Shown here: one piece after another, positions 51,719 to 61,125 of the stretch
Position numbering within the stretch: position 1 is the stretch's first letter
Layout: each line of letters opens with the position of its first letter
Source of the DNA: a virus
Reading direction: 5' to 3' (one strand)
Virus record (IMG/VR): IMGVR_UViG_3300036715_000153
Location: 76,395 to 140,394 of that record
DNA: 64,000 bases
Program-made: the position numbers and the translations under genes
The notes under the pieces: generated by a model
Told to the model about the DNA's origin: nothing
The model's database searches: none
Seen by the model: the letters and a program-made list of their open reading frames with translations, nothing else

Positions 51719-51945
51719 ATTATGCTCCGCTCCGCTCCGCTCCGCTCCGCTCCGCTTATTACGTGACCGATTATATTACCATTAGAATCAAATAGTGCAA
51801 CTATTGATGAGGGAGAGGTACGACCTCCACGATATGCATCTATGCATTGTCTGTAAACATACGCCATTTCCTCATAAGGATTATCTTCAAATGAAACATT
51901 GTCTGTTGTAAATTCGACTGTGATTTTAGCCATAATTAATACCAC
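51715..51945 (-). CDS. Hypothetical protein whose C-terminus is encoded by the pentamer repeat
   Basis: AAGGAG RBS; ends ISGAERSGAERSII. Confidence 0.6.
   Translation of the reverse strand: MVLIMAKITVEFTTDNVSFEDNPYEEMAYVYRQCIDAYRGGRTSPSSIVALFDSNGNIIGHVISGAERSGAERSII
51724..51756. repeat. (GCTCC)6 GCT microsatellite, (GGAGC)n on the coding strand
   Basis: Perfect GC-rich pentamer tandem in an AT-rich context. Confidence 0.95.
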
Positions 51946-52163
51946 TCCTTAGTCACATAGTATGGTGCTTTAAATTCTTCCTTCTTTAACTTCAATAGCT
52001 CGTTTGCTTCCTTAACATCCTTACACTGTTTTGAAAACACCGTCGAGTATTTAAGAACCACAGTTACATACCAATTCTTCATATTATAATCCTCTGTTTA
52101 ATTAAATACATCGTGTGAATGAATCTAATCAAACAGGGCTACATTGCGTAGCCCAATGATAGA

Positions 52164-52547
52164 TTAGCCTTTGACCTTCTTGCCCATCTTTACTACAGTA
52201 ACACCAGCTGGCGTTGCTTTAGCTTTCTTGGCAGCCAATTTTTCTTCTAGCTTCTTTAGTGTATCTGCTTGCTTTGCACCCTTTGCTGCTTGCTTTGCAT
52301 CTTTCGCAGCCTTGCGAGCATCTGCTGCTACAGACTTTTCGTACTGTTTAAGTTGACGTGCTGCCTCACGTTGTTTTGATGCTTCGGCGCGAGCAGCCTT
52401 AGCTTCGATCCGTTCGGCTTTTTTAATAAGGCGTTCTTGTTTAGTTGCTGCTTTGGTTTCTGCTTTAGCTTTACGCTCTTTTGCGATAAGTGCTGATAGT
52501 TCTGCACGAGCACGGGCGATTTGTTCTTTGGTAGTCATTGTGGTCAT
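52164..52547 (-). CDS. Lys/Ala-rich basic protein (histone-like or coiled coil)
   Basis: Composition; own promoter upstream and a hairpin GGGCTAC-ATTGC-GTAGCCC just downstream. Confidence 0.75.
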   Translation of the reverse strand: MTTMTTKEQIARARAELSALIAKERKAKAETKAATKQERLIKKAERIEAKAARAEASKQREAARQLKQYEKSVAADARKAAKDAKQAAKGAKQADTLKKLEEKLAAKKAKATPAGVTVVKMGKKVKG

Positions 52548-52621
52548 AGTGTATTTTCCTATTTAAGTTTAAAATTAATATTACATTTTAGAACTGTGTG
52601 TTTCGTTTAGTTCATGTATAG

Positions 52622-52649
52622 ATTATACAGTATTATACAAGAAAGTCAA
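52622..52649 (-). promoter_or_regulatory. Sigma70-type early promoter (IHF-consensus site at 52670-52682)
   Basis: TTGACT-16 bp-TATAAT. Confidence 0.7.
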
Positions 52650-52765
52650 CCTAATCAGCAACTTTCTTGTAAGTCATTGATTATCTTAGAAGCTGTAAAA
52701 TGTAGTTATGCATCTGGATAGTTGTCTACCGATTGAATCTGTTTTGAACATTAGTTGGTCACACG

Positions 52766-53068
52766 TTATCCAATAAACGTATCTGGCGATCCTACTGCAA
52801 TTTTGTCTGAACACGATACTGTATCTGTTACCCTGGATGGCGACAGATTGTCGATTACTACAGACGTCGATCCTTTAGTAGATACAGAGTCGTGATTCTG
52901 TATCGGCGGGAATGGTAGTCGGTGGAAGTCAAACGGATCACCAACTCTACACGCTCCCTTGCCATTGATGATAGTCTTCTCAGATCCTTTAAGACATTTC
53001 GTAGGAGGGAACCCAGGCGGGTGTCCTTCTGTTAGATCGTCTACTCTCGCAGCAGCTAATGCGCTCAT
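52766..53068 (-). CDS. PAAR spike-tip protein (gp5.4-like)
   Basis: AAARV.D...GH..FPP, ING..ACRVGD...H, H....GS.SV, R..D...C...GS...FIG. Confidence 0.9.
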   Translation of the reverse strand: MSALAAARVDDLTEGHPPGFPPTKCLKGSEKTIINGKGACRVGDPFDFHRLPFPPIQNHDSVSTKGSTSVVIDNLSPSRVTDTVSCSDKIAVGSPDTFIG

Positions 53069-53541
53069 GTTGGTTGTCCTGTCATAGATTTTGTTTGGTC
53101 GCGTTCAGATTTCCACCCGTTGTATACTGTTATCGTATAGACGTCGGTATATTTCGCTGACGTTGGAGGTGCTGGAGGAATCTGATATGTCCACGTAGCG
53201 TTTACCGTTACAACATAAGATTCTTTATTTACGGGGTTGACTGTTGCGTCTACTAATACGCTGTCGACTTTTTCTATACCCGCCTCAAACTTTAAAGCGT
53301 TTTTGGTATCCCCAGATAACTTAATACCCGTCGCAGTCGCCGAAATAGAAAGTCCCGCTGGCAGGGCCGGTGATACAGTGAAGTCGACCGCACACGATAT
53401 AGGCACGTCTGAATGTGTCGTTATTATTTCTGCGTCGATCGAATCCGGCTTTAATATACTAATCCAATCACCCGCAACACCTGCTTCCGTTGGGTTCAAA
53501 GCGCTGGGAACAGACGACGGAGGTATCCACGTTATTCCCAT
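53065..53541 (-). CDS. Hypothetical Ig-like structural protein
   Basis: LPAGLS....G..LSG pattern; coupled to the PAAR gene. Confidence 0.6.
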   Translation of the reverse strand: MGITWIPPSSVPSALNPTEAGVAGDWISILKPDSIDAEIITTHSDVPISCAVDFTVSPALPAGLSISATATGIKLSGDTKNALKFEAGIEKVDSVLVDATVNPVNKESYVVTVNATWTYQIPPAPPTSAKYTDVYTITVYNGWKSERDQTKSMTGQPT

Positions 53542-53543
53542 TA

Positions 53544-54014
53544 TTAATTCTCGATCGTTGGAATAATGTCTGGTATCACACTCACACCTTCAGCTCTATC
53601 GCTGTTAATATATACCATTTCTCCGTCGATGTTAACGTGTCCGAGGCACTTAATGTTATAGTCACCGTCGACTTGATGGTTTAAATCGCCGAGTACTCTA
53701 AGATTAACGTCACCAGATACTTCCATGTGCATAGCACGTTTGACTTTTAATATAACATCGCCTTCGACGACTACCTGACCAGATCCTTTGATATAAGTGA
53801 TGTCGTCTTTTTCAGAAATAGATATTTTGTTATTATTGGTCTTATTTACTGTATAATTTTGAGTGCTAAACCCATATTTCCCGCCCATGTTAACTTGGGT
53901 GATATCATAGTTATACGCGCTATTATGAACATTGGGCTGTTGCCATACTACTCCGAGGTGAACTGCTTTAGTTTCTGACATATCTCGACTATTAGGTTGT
54001 TGTGTTGTTACCAT
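53544..54014 (-). CDS. Stand-alone gp5 C-terminal-type beta-helix protein
   Basis: 8-residue VxG(D/N) repeats: VEGDVILK, VSGDVNLR, VLGDLNHQ, VDGDYNIK. Confidence 0.7.
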   Translation of the reverse strand: MVTTQQPNSRDMSETKAVHLGVVWQQPNVHNSAYNYDITQVNMGGKYGFSTQNYTVNKTNNNKISISEKDDITYIKGSGQVVVEGDVILKVKRAMHMEVSGDVNLRVLGDLNHQVDGDYNIKCLGHVNIDGEMVYINSDRAEGVSVIPDIIPTIEN

Positions 54015-54019
54015 TTAGT

Positions 54020-54526
54020 TTAACTCCACAAATTTCTAAAATACTTACCGAAATAATCCAGACCGACCTGAATCTGTCCTTCATACGCATCCATCGCATC
54101 GTGTCGATACTCGCCTTTTACTTTCCAACGTAGGGGAGTGATGTTCTTGCCTTCATCTTCCGGATGATCGTCAAAATCAATCTCGGCACGCGTAATGCAA
54201 AAGTCGTCAAATTCTTCGTCGATGCACTGCTCGAGTGACCAGATAATATGCCGAAGAATGGTATCCCATTTATCAGAAGCAACTGCCATTGCCGCTTCTG
54301 TGTGATTACCATCCTCGTCTAACCATTCATCGCCCTCTGGAAAAACAACTACAGGAACACCTTGTTTCTGTTTCGCAAGTTCTTTGAGAATAGGTACAGC
54401 AAGTAAAGCAATAGTATTATCTGCTGACCAGGCATCCCATTCATCTGCACGGACCCTGACCTTACGTGTCTTAGCCGAATCGTGTGGATATCTACCGATG
54501 TATGCTTTCATTATATTGCCTTCCAT
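54020..54526 (-). CDS. Hypothetical phage protein
   Basis: WD.WS.D.T.A....P.L, W..IL....W, GL..FGKYF..LW, a pattern seen in large phages. Likely start 54511. Confidence 0.7.
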   Translation of the reverse strand: MEGNIMKAYIGRYPHDSAKTRKVRVRADEWDAWSADNTIALLAVPILKELAKQKQGVPVVVFPEGDEWLDEDGNHTEAAMAVASDKWDTILRHIIWSLEQCIDEEFDDFCITRAEIDFDDHPEDEGKNITPLRWKVKGEYRHDAMDAYEGQIQVGLDYFGKYFRNLWS

Positions 54527-54834
54527 TCTTTAACTTCATCATATTGATAGATACAATCAATACCATTATCCCAGAACCACGTACCATCTGATACAGTGAC
54601 GAACGCACAGATATCTGGCTTACCCGACTTATCTACGATGGCTACACGTTGGTTTGGTTTAGGTAGACCGTCTGGTAGAGCGACGTGTGCTTCTTTATAT
54701 TCATCTAGTGCATCTTTAACGACCGCCATAGCGAACTTTTGTAAGGCATGATATTGCGAATCTTTATCGCCGCCCATTACATACATTAAACCGGTTGTGT
54801 GATACAAATTCCATAATCTATCTGAGTTAATCAT
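54511..54834 (-). CDS. Hypothetical protein
   Basis: AAGGAG RBS. Confidence 0.65.
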   Translation of the reverse strand: MINSDRLWNLYHTTGLMYVMGGDKDSQYHALQKFAMAVVKDALDEYKEAHVALPDGLPKPNQRVAIVDKSGKPDICAFVTVSDGTWFWDNGIDCIYQYDEVKEWKAI

Positions 54835-54930
54835 TCGTATGTCTCCTTAAAATCTAATGTTAGGATTTCCCCACTGCAAGACTTTCAAAACTCTCACCAA
54901 TGGTTACCGCAACTGAGTAATTGTTTTCAT

Positions 54931-54959
54931 ATTATATTACTCCATTCGAGTTCTGTCAA
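54931..54959 (-). promoter_or_regulatory. Sigma70-type promoter
   Basis: TTGACA-17 bp-TATAAT. Confidence 0.7.
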
Positions 54960-55053
54960 TCTTAATTTCGACACACCATTTACGATAAACACGAATGACA
55001 TATCATAACGCATCCATTTCCTAGGTTGATAAGATAGTTCATTTTTTATGCTA

Positions 55054-55160
55054 TCAAAATACGTCTCCCGTCACATACGCCAATCGAATCATGTAAAGAA
55101 CTCAAGTCTGAATTAACATGCGTAAAACAAATTAAATAACCGCTTTGGTTAGGCCTTTAG
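55054..55160 (-). pseudogene. Eroded remnant of the array C-terminal domain
   Basis: Blocks matching 56020-56050, 56255-56300 and 56362-56380, joined with internal deletions. Confidence 0.75.
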
Positions 55161-55164
55161 TTAC

Positions 55165-55998
55165 TCAGGAGACCTTAATGCGCATTGATTGCGCAACAAC
55201 GGCATCACCAGATACTTGTGCACTACCAGATACTCGTGCACGTCTATATACTCGTGCATTACCAGATACTTGTGCATTACCATAAACTCGCGCATCATCA
55301 AATACTTGAGCATTTTCATATACTTGTGCATTAACAGATACTTGTGCATTATCATATACTCGTGCATTACCAGATACTTGAGCATTAACAGATACTTGTG
55401 CATTACAATATACTTGTGCATTATCATATACTCGCGCATCATCAAATACTTGAGCATTACCAAATACTACTGCATTGCCATATACTCGCACATAACCATA
55501 TACTTTTGCATCTCCATATACTCGCGAATTGTCAGATACTTTTGCACCACCATATACTCGTACATTACCATATACTTGTGCATTATCAGATACTCGAGCA
55601 TAACCATATACTTGTGCATTGTCATATACCCGTGCTCTACAATATACTAGCGTATCATCATACACTCGTGCATTTTCAAATACTTGTGCATAATCATACA
55701 CTCGCGCGTTACCAAATACTTGGGTATTATCATATACTTGTGCATTAACAGATACTTGTGCATTATCATAAACTCGCGCGTTACCATATACTCGTGCATT
55801 TTCATATACTCGTGCATTATCATATACTAGAGCATTATCGTATACCCAGCATAAACCATCTTGACATAGGTTCGACTCTTTCTCGACCCAACCACCCAGA
55901 TCGCCAGCTTTAACATCAGCAAAATCTTTAAGTGCTTGAATTTGGTATAGAGTTACACCATATACCGTCTTGGTTGTTTCGGTTAGTTTATATTTCAT
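55165..55998 (-). CDS. Hexapeptide-repeat (left-handed beta-helix) protein, paralog 6
   Basis: MKYKLTETTK..YG.TLYQIQALKDF.DVKAGDLGGW.EKE.NL head plus (V-Y/S/F-G/D-N-A-R/Q)n. Confidence 0.88.
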   Translation of the reverse strand: MKYKLTETTKTVYGVTLYQIQALKDFADVKAGDLGGWVEKESNLCQDGLCWVYDNALVYDNARVYENARVYGNARVYDNAQVSVNAQVYDNTQVFGNARVYDYAQVFENARVYDDTLVYCRARVYDNAQVYGYARVSDNAQVYGNVRVYGGAKVSDNSRVYGDAKVYGYVRVYGNAVVFGNAQVFDDARVYDNAQVYCNAQVSVNAQVSGNARVYDNAQVSVNAQVYENAQVFDDARVYGNAQVSGNARVYRRARVSGSAQVSGDAVVAQSMRIKVS

Positions 55999-56019
55999 TA
56001 TATTCTCTTTATTACGATA

Positions 56020-57036
56020 TCAAAATACGTCTCCGTCACATACACCAACTACAAATAACTTACGACATCTTATCTTTCCTTCTTGCACAGTAATAATATC
56101 GTCGATATGAATTCGACACATTATACGAACTTTACCGCATTTATTGTTCCAATAATTGGCATTAGACACATGTAGACCCGCTGCACAAGATAATTCGGCT
56201 TCTTCTGGATTATCAGCAACCGCTTCTTCACCAACTACATACTTGAACTTTGGATCATGTAACGAACTCAAGTCTGAATTAACATGTTTGAAGCAAATAA
56301 TGCATCTACCGACAGAGACTAGGTTTGTTTGTGCTTCAATATTTTGAAGAATATTTTCTCGTTTGGTTAGGTCTTTAGTTGTATATGAGAACATAATGTA
56401 CATTGATTGTGCAATAACGGCATCACCATACACTTGTGCATCACCATATACTTTTGCATCACCATATACTTTTGCATTACAAAATACTCGTGCACAACCA
56501 TATACTCGCGCATTATCATATATTTGTGCATTATCATATATTTGTGCATTACCATATACTTTTGTATTATCATATACTAACACATTGCCATATACTTGTG
56601 AAGTACCAAATACTACTGCACAGTCATATACTCGTGCACTACCAGATACTTGTGCACAGTCATATACTCGTGCCCTACCAGATACTTGAGCATGTCCATA
56701 TACTCGTGCATATCCAGATACATGCGCATCGCTATATACTTTTGTATGACCAAATATATGTGCACTGCCAAATATTAGTGCACTGCCATACACTTGTGCA
56801 CTACCAGATACTTGTGCACTACCAGATACTTCTGCATTTTCATATACTCGCGCATTGCCAGATACTTGTGCATTATTATATACCCAGCATAAACCATCTT
56901 GACTTAGGTTCGACTCTTTCTCAATCCAACCACCCAGGCATCCGGCTTTAACATCGGCAAAATCTTTAAGGGATTGAATTTGGTATAACGTTGCACCATA
57001 GATTTGTTTAGTGGTTTCGGTTAGTTTATATTTCAT
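56020..57036 (-). CDS. Hexapeptide-repeat protein with C-terminal C..GLH / GKIRC domain, paralog 5
   Basis: Same head and repeats plus a ~125-aa C-domain. Confidence 0.88.
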   Translation of the reverse strand: MKYKLTETTKQIYGATLYQIQSLKDFADVKAGCLGGWIEKESNLSQDGLCWVYNNAQVSGNARVYENAEVSGSAQVSGSAQVYGSALIFGSAHIFGHTKVYSDAHVSGYARVYGHAQVSGRARVYDCAQVSGSARVYDCAVVFGTSQVYGNVLVYDNTKVYGNAQIYDNAQIYDNARVYGCARVFCNAKVYGDAKVYGDAQVYGDAVIAQSMYIMFSYTTKDLTKRENILQNIEAQTNLVSVGRCIICFKHVNSDLSSLHDPKFKYVVGEEAVADNPEEAELSCAAGLHVSNANYWNNKCGKVRIMCRIHIDDIITVQEGKIRCRKLFVVGVCDGDVF

Positions 57037-57057
57037 TATATTCTCTTTAATATGGTA

Positions 57058-58146
57058 TCAAAATACGTCACCATCGCATACACCAACTACAAATAACTTG
57101 CGACACCGAATCTTGCCTTGTTGCACAGTGATAATATCATCTAAGTGAACTCTACACATTATAGAATTAGTACCACCGTTACCATTCCAATAACTAGCAT
57201 TAGACACATGAAGTCCAGATGAGCACGATGATTCATCTTCGCTTGGATTATCAGCAACTGCTTCTTCACCAACTACATACTTGAACTTTGAATCGTGTAA
57301 CGAACTTAAGTCTGAATTAACATGTTTGAAGCAAATAATGTTTCCACCAACAGATTTAAGTGAAGTCTGTGACTCAATATTTTGAAGAATATTTTCTCGT
57401 TTAGTTAAGTCTTTAGTTGTATGTGAGAACATAATGTACATTGATTGTGCGACAACGGCATTGCCATATACTTTTGCATTACCAAATACTTCTGCATTAT
57501 TATATACTTTCGCATTATCAGATACTTCTGCGCTATCAGATACCATTGCATTATCATATACTTCTGCCCTACCAGATACTAGAGTATCACCAGATACTAG
57601 AGCATGTCCATATACTCGTGCATGTCCATATACTCGTGCACAACCATATACTTGTGCATTTTCATATACTTGTGTATTGTCAAATACTTGTGCATTTTCA
57701 TATACTTTTGCATTACCATATACTTTTGCATTACAAAATACTCGTACACTACCAGATACTTGTGCATTTTCAAATACTTGTGCATTACCATATACTCGTG
57801 CATTTTCAAATACTCGTGCATTATCATATACTCGTGCTTTTCCATATATTTGTGCACTGTAATATACTCGTGCATCATCATATACTAGCGCATTTTCAAA
57901 TACTTGTGCATTACCATATACTCGTGCATTTTCAAATACTCGTGCATTACCATATACTCGTGCATTTTCAAATACCAGAGCATTATCGTATACCCAGCAT
58001 AAGTCTTCTTGGCTTAGGTTCGTCTCTTTCTCAATCCAACCGCCCAGATCACCAGCTTTAACATCGGCAAATTCTTTAAGTGCTTGAATTTGGTATAAAG
58101 TTACACCATAGATTTGTTTAGTTGTTTCGGTTAGTTTATATTTCAT
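57058..58146 (-). CDS. Hexapeptide-repeat protein with C-terminal C..GLH / GKIRC domain, paralog 4
   Basis: Same head, repeats and C-domain as paralog 5. Confidence 0.88.
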   Translation of the reverse strand: MKYKLTETTKQIYGVTLYQIQALKEFADVKAGDLGGWIEKETNLSQEDLCWVYDNALVFENARVYGNARVFENARVYGNAQVFENALVYDDARVYYSAQIYGKARVYDNARVFENARVYGNAQVFENAQVSGSVRVFCNAKVYGNAKVYENAQVFDNTQVYENAQVYGCARVYGHARVYGHALVSGDTLVSGRAEVYDNAMVSDSAEVSDNAKVYNNAEVFGNAKVYGNAVVAQSMYIMFSHTTKDLTKRENILQNIESQTSLKSVGGNIICFKHVNSDLSSLHDSKFKYVVGEEAVADNPSEDESSCSSGLHVSNASYWNGNGGTNSIMCRVHLDDIITVQQGKIRCRKLFVVGVCDGDVF

Positions 58147-58173
58147 GTTGAAATCTCTTTAGTTGATGTGCTT

Positions 58174-58202
58174 ATTATACAGGAGTTTTTAGGAAATGTC
58201 GA
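58174..58202 (-). promoter_or_regulatory. Duplicated array promoter
   Basis: TCGACA-17 bp-TATAAT; intergenic sequence identical to about 58965-59024. Confidence 0.7.
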
Positions 58203-58208
58203 TACATT

Positions 58209-58970
58209 TTAACCACCAGACACTTGCACATTACCATGCACTTGTTCATAGTCAGATGCTTGCGCATCACCATATACTTGCGCGTTATCATATACTTGCG
58301 CGTTACCATATACTTTTGCATTACAAAATACTCGTGCACTACCATATACCTTTGCATCACCATATACTCGTGCATTACCATATACTCGAGCATTTTCAAA
58401 TATTTGTGCACTGTAATATACTCGTGCATTATCATATACCTCTGCATAACCATATACCTCTGCAAGACCATATACTTGTGCGTTTCCAGATACTTTTGCA
58501 TAACCATATACTTGTGCGTTTCCAGATACTTTTGCATCACCATATACTTCTGCTTTTCCAGATACATGTGTATTGCCATATACTCGTGCAATATCATATA
58601 TTCGTGTATCGCCAAATACTACCGCATTATCATTTACTAGAGCATCGCCATATACTTGTGCATTTCCATATACTTGTGCATTATCATATACTTGTGTATC
58701 GCCATATACTTGTGCATTGCCATATACTCGCGCATCATCATATACTCGTGCACTACCATACACTCGTGCATTACCATATACTTGTGCATCATCATATACT
58801 CGTACATTATCATATACCCAGCATAAGTCTTCTTGGCTTAGGTTCGTCTCTTTCTCAATCCAACCACCAAGGTCACCAGCTTTAACATCGTTAAAATCCT
58901 TGAGTGCTTGAATTTGGTATAGAGTTATACCATAGATTTGTTTAGTGGTTTCGGTTAGTTTATATTTCAT
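58209..58970 (-). CDS. Hexapeptide-repeat protein, paralog 3 (no C-domain)
   Basis: Same head and repeats. Confidence 0.88.
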   Translation of the reverse strand: MKYKLTETTKQIYGITLYQIQALKDFNDVKAGDLGGWIEKETNLSQEDLCWVYDNVRVYDDAQVYGNARVYGSARVYDDARVYGNAQVYGDTQVYDNAQVYGNAQVYGDALVNDNAVVFGDTRIYDIARVYGNTHVSGKAEVYGDAKVSGNAQVYGYAKVSGNAQVYGLAEVYGYAEVYDNARVYYSAQIFENARVYGNARVYGDAKVYGSARVFCNAKVYGNAQVYDNAQVYGDAQASDYEQVHGNVQVSGG

Positions 58971-58997
58971 GTTGAAATCTCTTTAGTTGATGTGCTT

Positions 58998-59026
58998 ATT
59001 ATACAGGAGTTTTTAGGAAATGTCAA
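58998..59026 (-). promoter_or_regulatory. Duplicated array promoter
   Basis: TTGACA-17 bp-TATAAT. Confidence 0.8.
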
Positions 59027-59502
59027 GACTTAAATTGTTTCAATGATTGGCTTGTATATACTTTGGCATGTCCAAATATAAGTGTATTGCCATATACTTG
59101 TACATCGCCATATACTTGCGCATATCCAGATACATGCGCATCGCTATATACTTTTGTATGACCAAATATATGTGCACTGTCGAATATTAGTGCACTGCCA
59201 TACACTTGTGCACTATCAGATACTTGTGCATAACCAGATACTTCTGCATCACCATATACTTTTGCTCTGTCATACACTTGTGCAACATCATACACTCGCG
59301 CATTACCATATACTTGTGCATTATCATACACTCGTGCATTTTCGTATACCCAGCATAAGTCGAGATGACTTAGGTTCGACTCGTTCTCAATCCAACCACC
59401 AAAATCGCCAGCTTTAACATCGGCAAAATCTTTAAGCGCCTGAATTTGATATAAAGTTACACCATAAACATTCTTAGTTGTTTCAGTTAGTTTATATTTC
59501 AT
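59023..59502 (-). CDS. Hexapeptide-repeat protein, paralog 2 (short, no C-domain)
   Basis: ATG at 59502 gives the conserved MKYKLT head. Confidence 0.85.
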   Translation of the reverse strand: MKYKLTETTKNVYGVTLYQIQALKDFADVKAGDFGGWIENESNLSHLDLCWVYENARVYDNAQVYGNARVYDVAQVYDRAKVYGDAEVSGYAQVSDSAQVYGSALIFDSAHIFGHTKVYSDAHVSGYAQVYGDVQVYGNTLIFGHAKVYTSQSLKQFKS

Positions 59503-59524
59503 GTCAGATTCCCTTAATATGATA

Positions 59525-60424
59525 TCAAAATACGACACCGTCACATACACCAACTACAAATAACTTACGACACCGAATCTTGCCTTGTTGCACATCAATA
59601 ATATCATCTAAGTGAACTCGACACATTATTCTAACTTTACCACCGGTACCATTCCAATAATTAGCATTAGACACATATAGACCAGATGATTCAGCTCCTT
59701 TAGGTTTTAAAGCTACTGCTTCTTCGCCAACTACATACTTGAACTTTGAATCATGTAACGAACTTAAGTCCGAATTAACATGCTTAAAACAAATAATGTA
59801 TCCACCAACAGAGACCAGGTTTGTTTGAGCCTCAATCGACTGTAGAATATTTTCTCGTTTGGTTAGGTCTTTAGTTACACCAGAGAACATAATGTGCATT
59901 AATTGAGTAATTACAGCATCACCATATACTAGTGCATCTCCATATACTAGTGCATTGCCAGATACTTTTGCATTACCAAATACTTGTGCGCTACTATATA
60001 CTCGTACAATATCATATACTTTTGCATTTCCATATACTCGCGCACTACCAGAAACTTGCGCATATCCGTATACTCGTGCATTATCATATACTCGAGCATT
60101 TTCAAATACTTGTGCACTGTAATATACTCGTGCATCATCATACACTTGTGCATTATCATATACTCGTGCACTACCATATACTCGCGCCCCACCATATACT
60201 CGCGCATTGTCATATACTCGCGCATTTTCGGATACTTTTGCATCACCAGATACTTGAGCATTATCATATAGCCAACACATTCCATCTTGACTTAGGTTCG
60301 ACTTTTTCTCGATCCAACCACCCAATTCGCCAGCTTCTACATCATTAAAATCTTTAAGCGCCTGAATTTGGTATAAAGTTACACCATATACATTCTTGGT
60401 TGTTTCGGTTAGTCTATATTTCAT
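59525..60424 (-). CDS. Hexapeptide-repeat protein with variant C-domain, paralog 1
   Basis: Same head; C-domain has a deletion and reads SSGLYV where the others have C..GLHV. Confidence 0.88.
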   Translation of the reverse strand: MKYRLTETTKNVYGVTLYQIQALKDFNDVEAGELGGWIEKKSNLSQDGMCWLYDNAQVSGDAKVSENARVYDNARVYGGARVYGSARVYDNAQVYDDARVYYSAQVFENARVYDNARVYGYAQVSGSARVYGNAKVYDIVRVYSSAQVFGNAKVSGNALVYGDALVYGDAVITQLMHIMFSGVTKDLTKRENILQSIEAQTNLVSVGGYIICFKHVNSDLSSLHDSKFKYVVGEEAVALKPKGAESSGLYVSNANYWNGTGGKVRIMCRVHLDDIIDVQQGKIRCRKLFVVGVCDGVVF

Positions 60425-60451
60425 GTTAGAATCTCCATAGTTGTTGTGCTT

Positions 60452-60480
60452 ATTATACAGGAGTTTTTATGAAATGTCAA
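60452..60480 (-). promoter_or_regulatory. Array promoter
   Basis: TTGACA-17 bp-TATAAT. Confidence 0.8.
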
Positions 60481-60483
60481 GAC

Positions 60484-61053
60484 TTAAATGATCAATGGTA
60501 TGTTCTTTAATACTTTTCTTGCATATTTCTTGGTGCGATCACTAGCACTGCCGTTGTAGCAAGATAATCCAGTCTCTAATGATCTTTTATGTTTCTTCAA
60601 GCAATCTTTTAGGATATTTGCACCTAGTGTTGTATTAACATCGGCGTCATACAAATTCTTATTATCCAACTGTCTGATCTTATCTAAGTGATATTTGGGT
60701 AGAATCTGCCAGAAACCCATCGCTCCTGCATTGCTAATTTCATACTGTCTAAAATGCGATTCTGTTTTAATTAAACCGAGCATAAGATTGACTGGTATCT
60801 CATGAATCTCGCTTTCTCTCACGATAGCATTAGATAGCTTATATACAGTATCTATATCAAGATTACTATTCTGATTCTTAATATATTCAGCAACACGATC
60901 TTCTGTTCCTACTATATGCATTGGTATATCTTGTTGCTTATCCAATTTGTAAATAAGTAAGATAAACATCATAATTACGACTAACGTAAGAAGCGATAGC
61001 CAAATTTCAACCATGTTGATATGTAACTGAAAAGATCGAGATTGATTTTTCAT
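60484..61053 (-). CDS. Lytic transglycosylase (SLT) with an N-terminal membrane anchor
   Basis: IKTES.F, S.AGA.G..QI, YNG, Y..KV. Confidence 0.88.
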   Translation of the reverse strand: MKNQSRSFQLHINMVEIWLSLLTLVVIMMFILLIYKLDKQQDIPMHIVGTEDRVAEYIKNQNSNLDIDTVYKLSNAIVRESEIHEIPVNLMLGLIKTESHFRQYEISNAGAMGFWQILPKYHLDKIRQLDNKNLYDADVNTTLGANILKDCLKKHKRSLETGLSCYNGSASDRTKKYARKVLKNIPLII

Positions 61054-61125
61054 TTTAAAATTCTACCTGAAAGAGTACATATAACATCGAGATTTAATGC
61101 AAGCCAACTAGCAACCACCACATAA

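Noticed and set aside
55200-60270. CRISPR-like or DGR-like appearance of the repeats
   Set aside because: Repeats are contiguous 18-nt coding units without unique spacers. No reverse transcriptase and no adenine-specific TR/VR pair was seen.
55161-60348. Many overlapping His/Ile-, Met- or Tyr/Cys-rich ORFs in alternative frames and on the + strand
   Set aside because: Stop-free shadows of the 18-nt coding repeat; they lack RBS or promoter support, unlike the MKYKLT frames.
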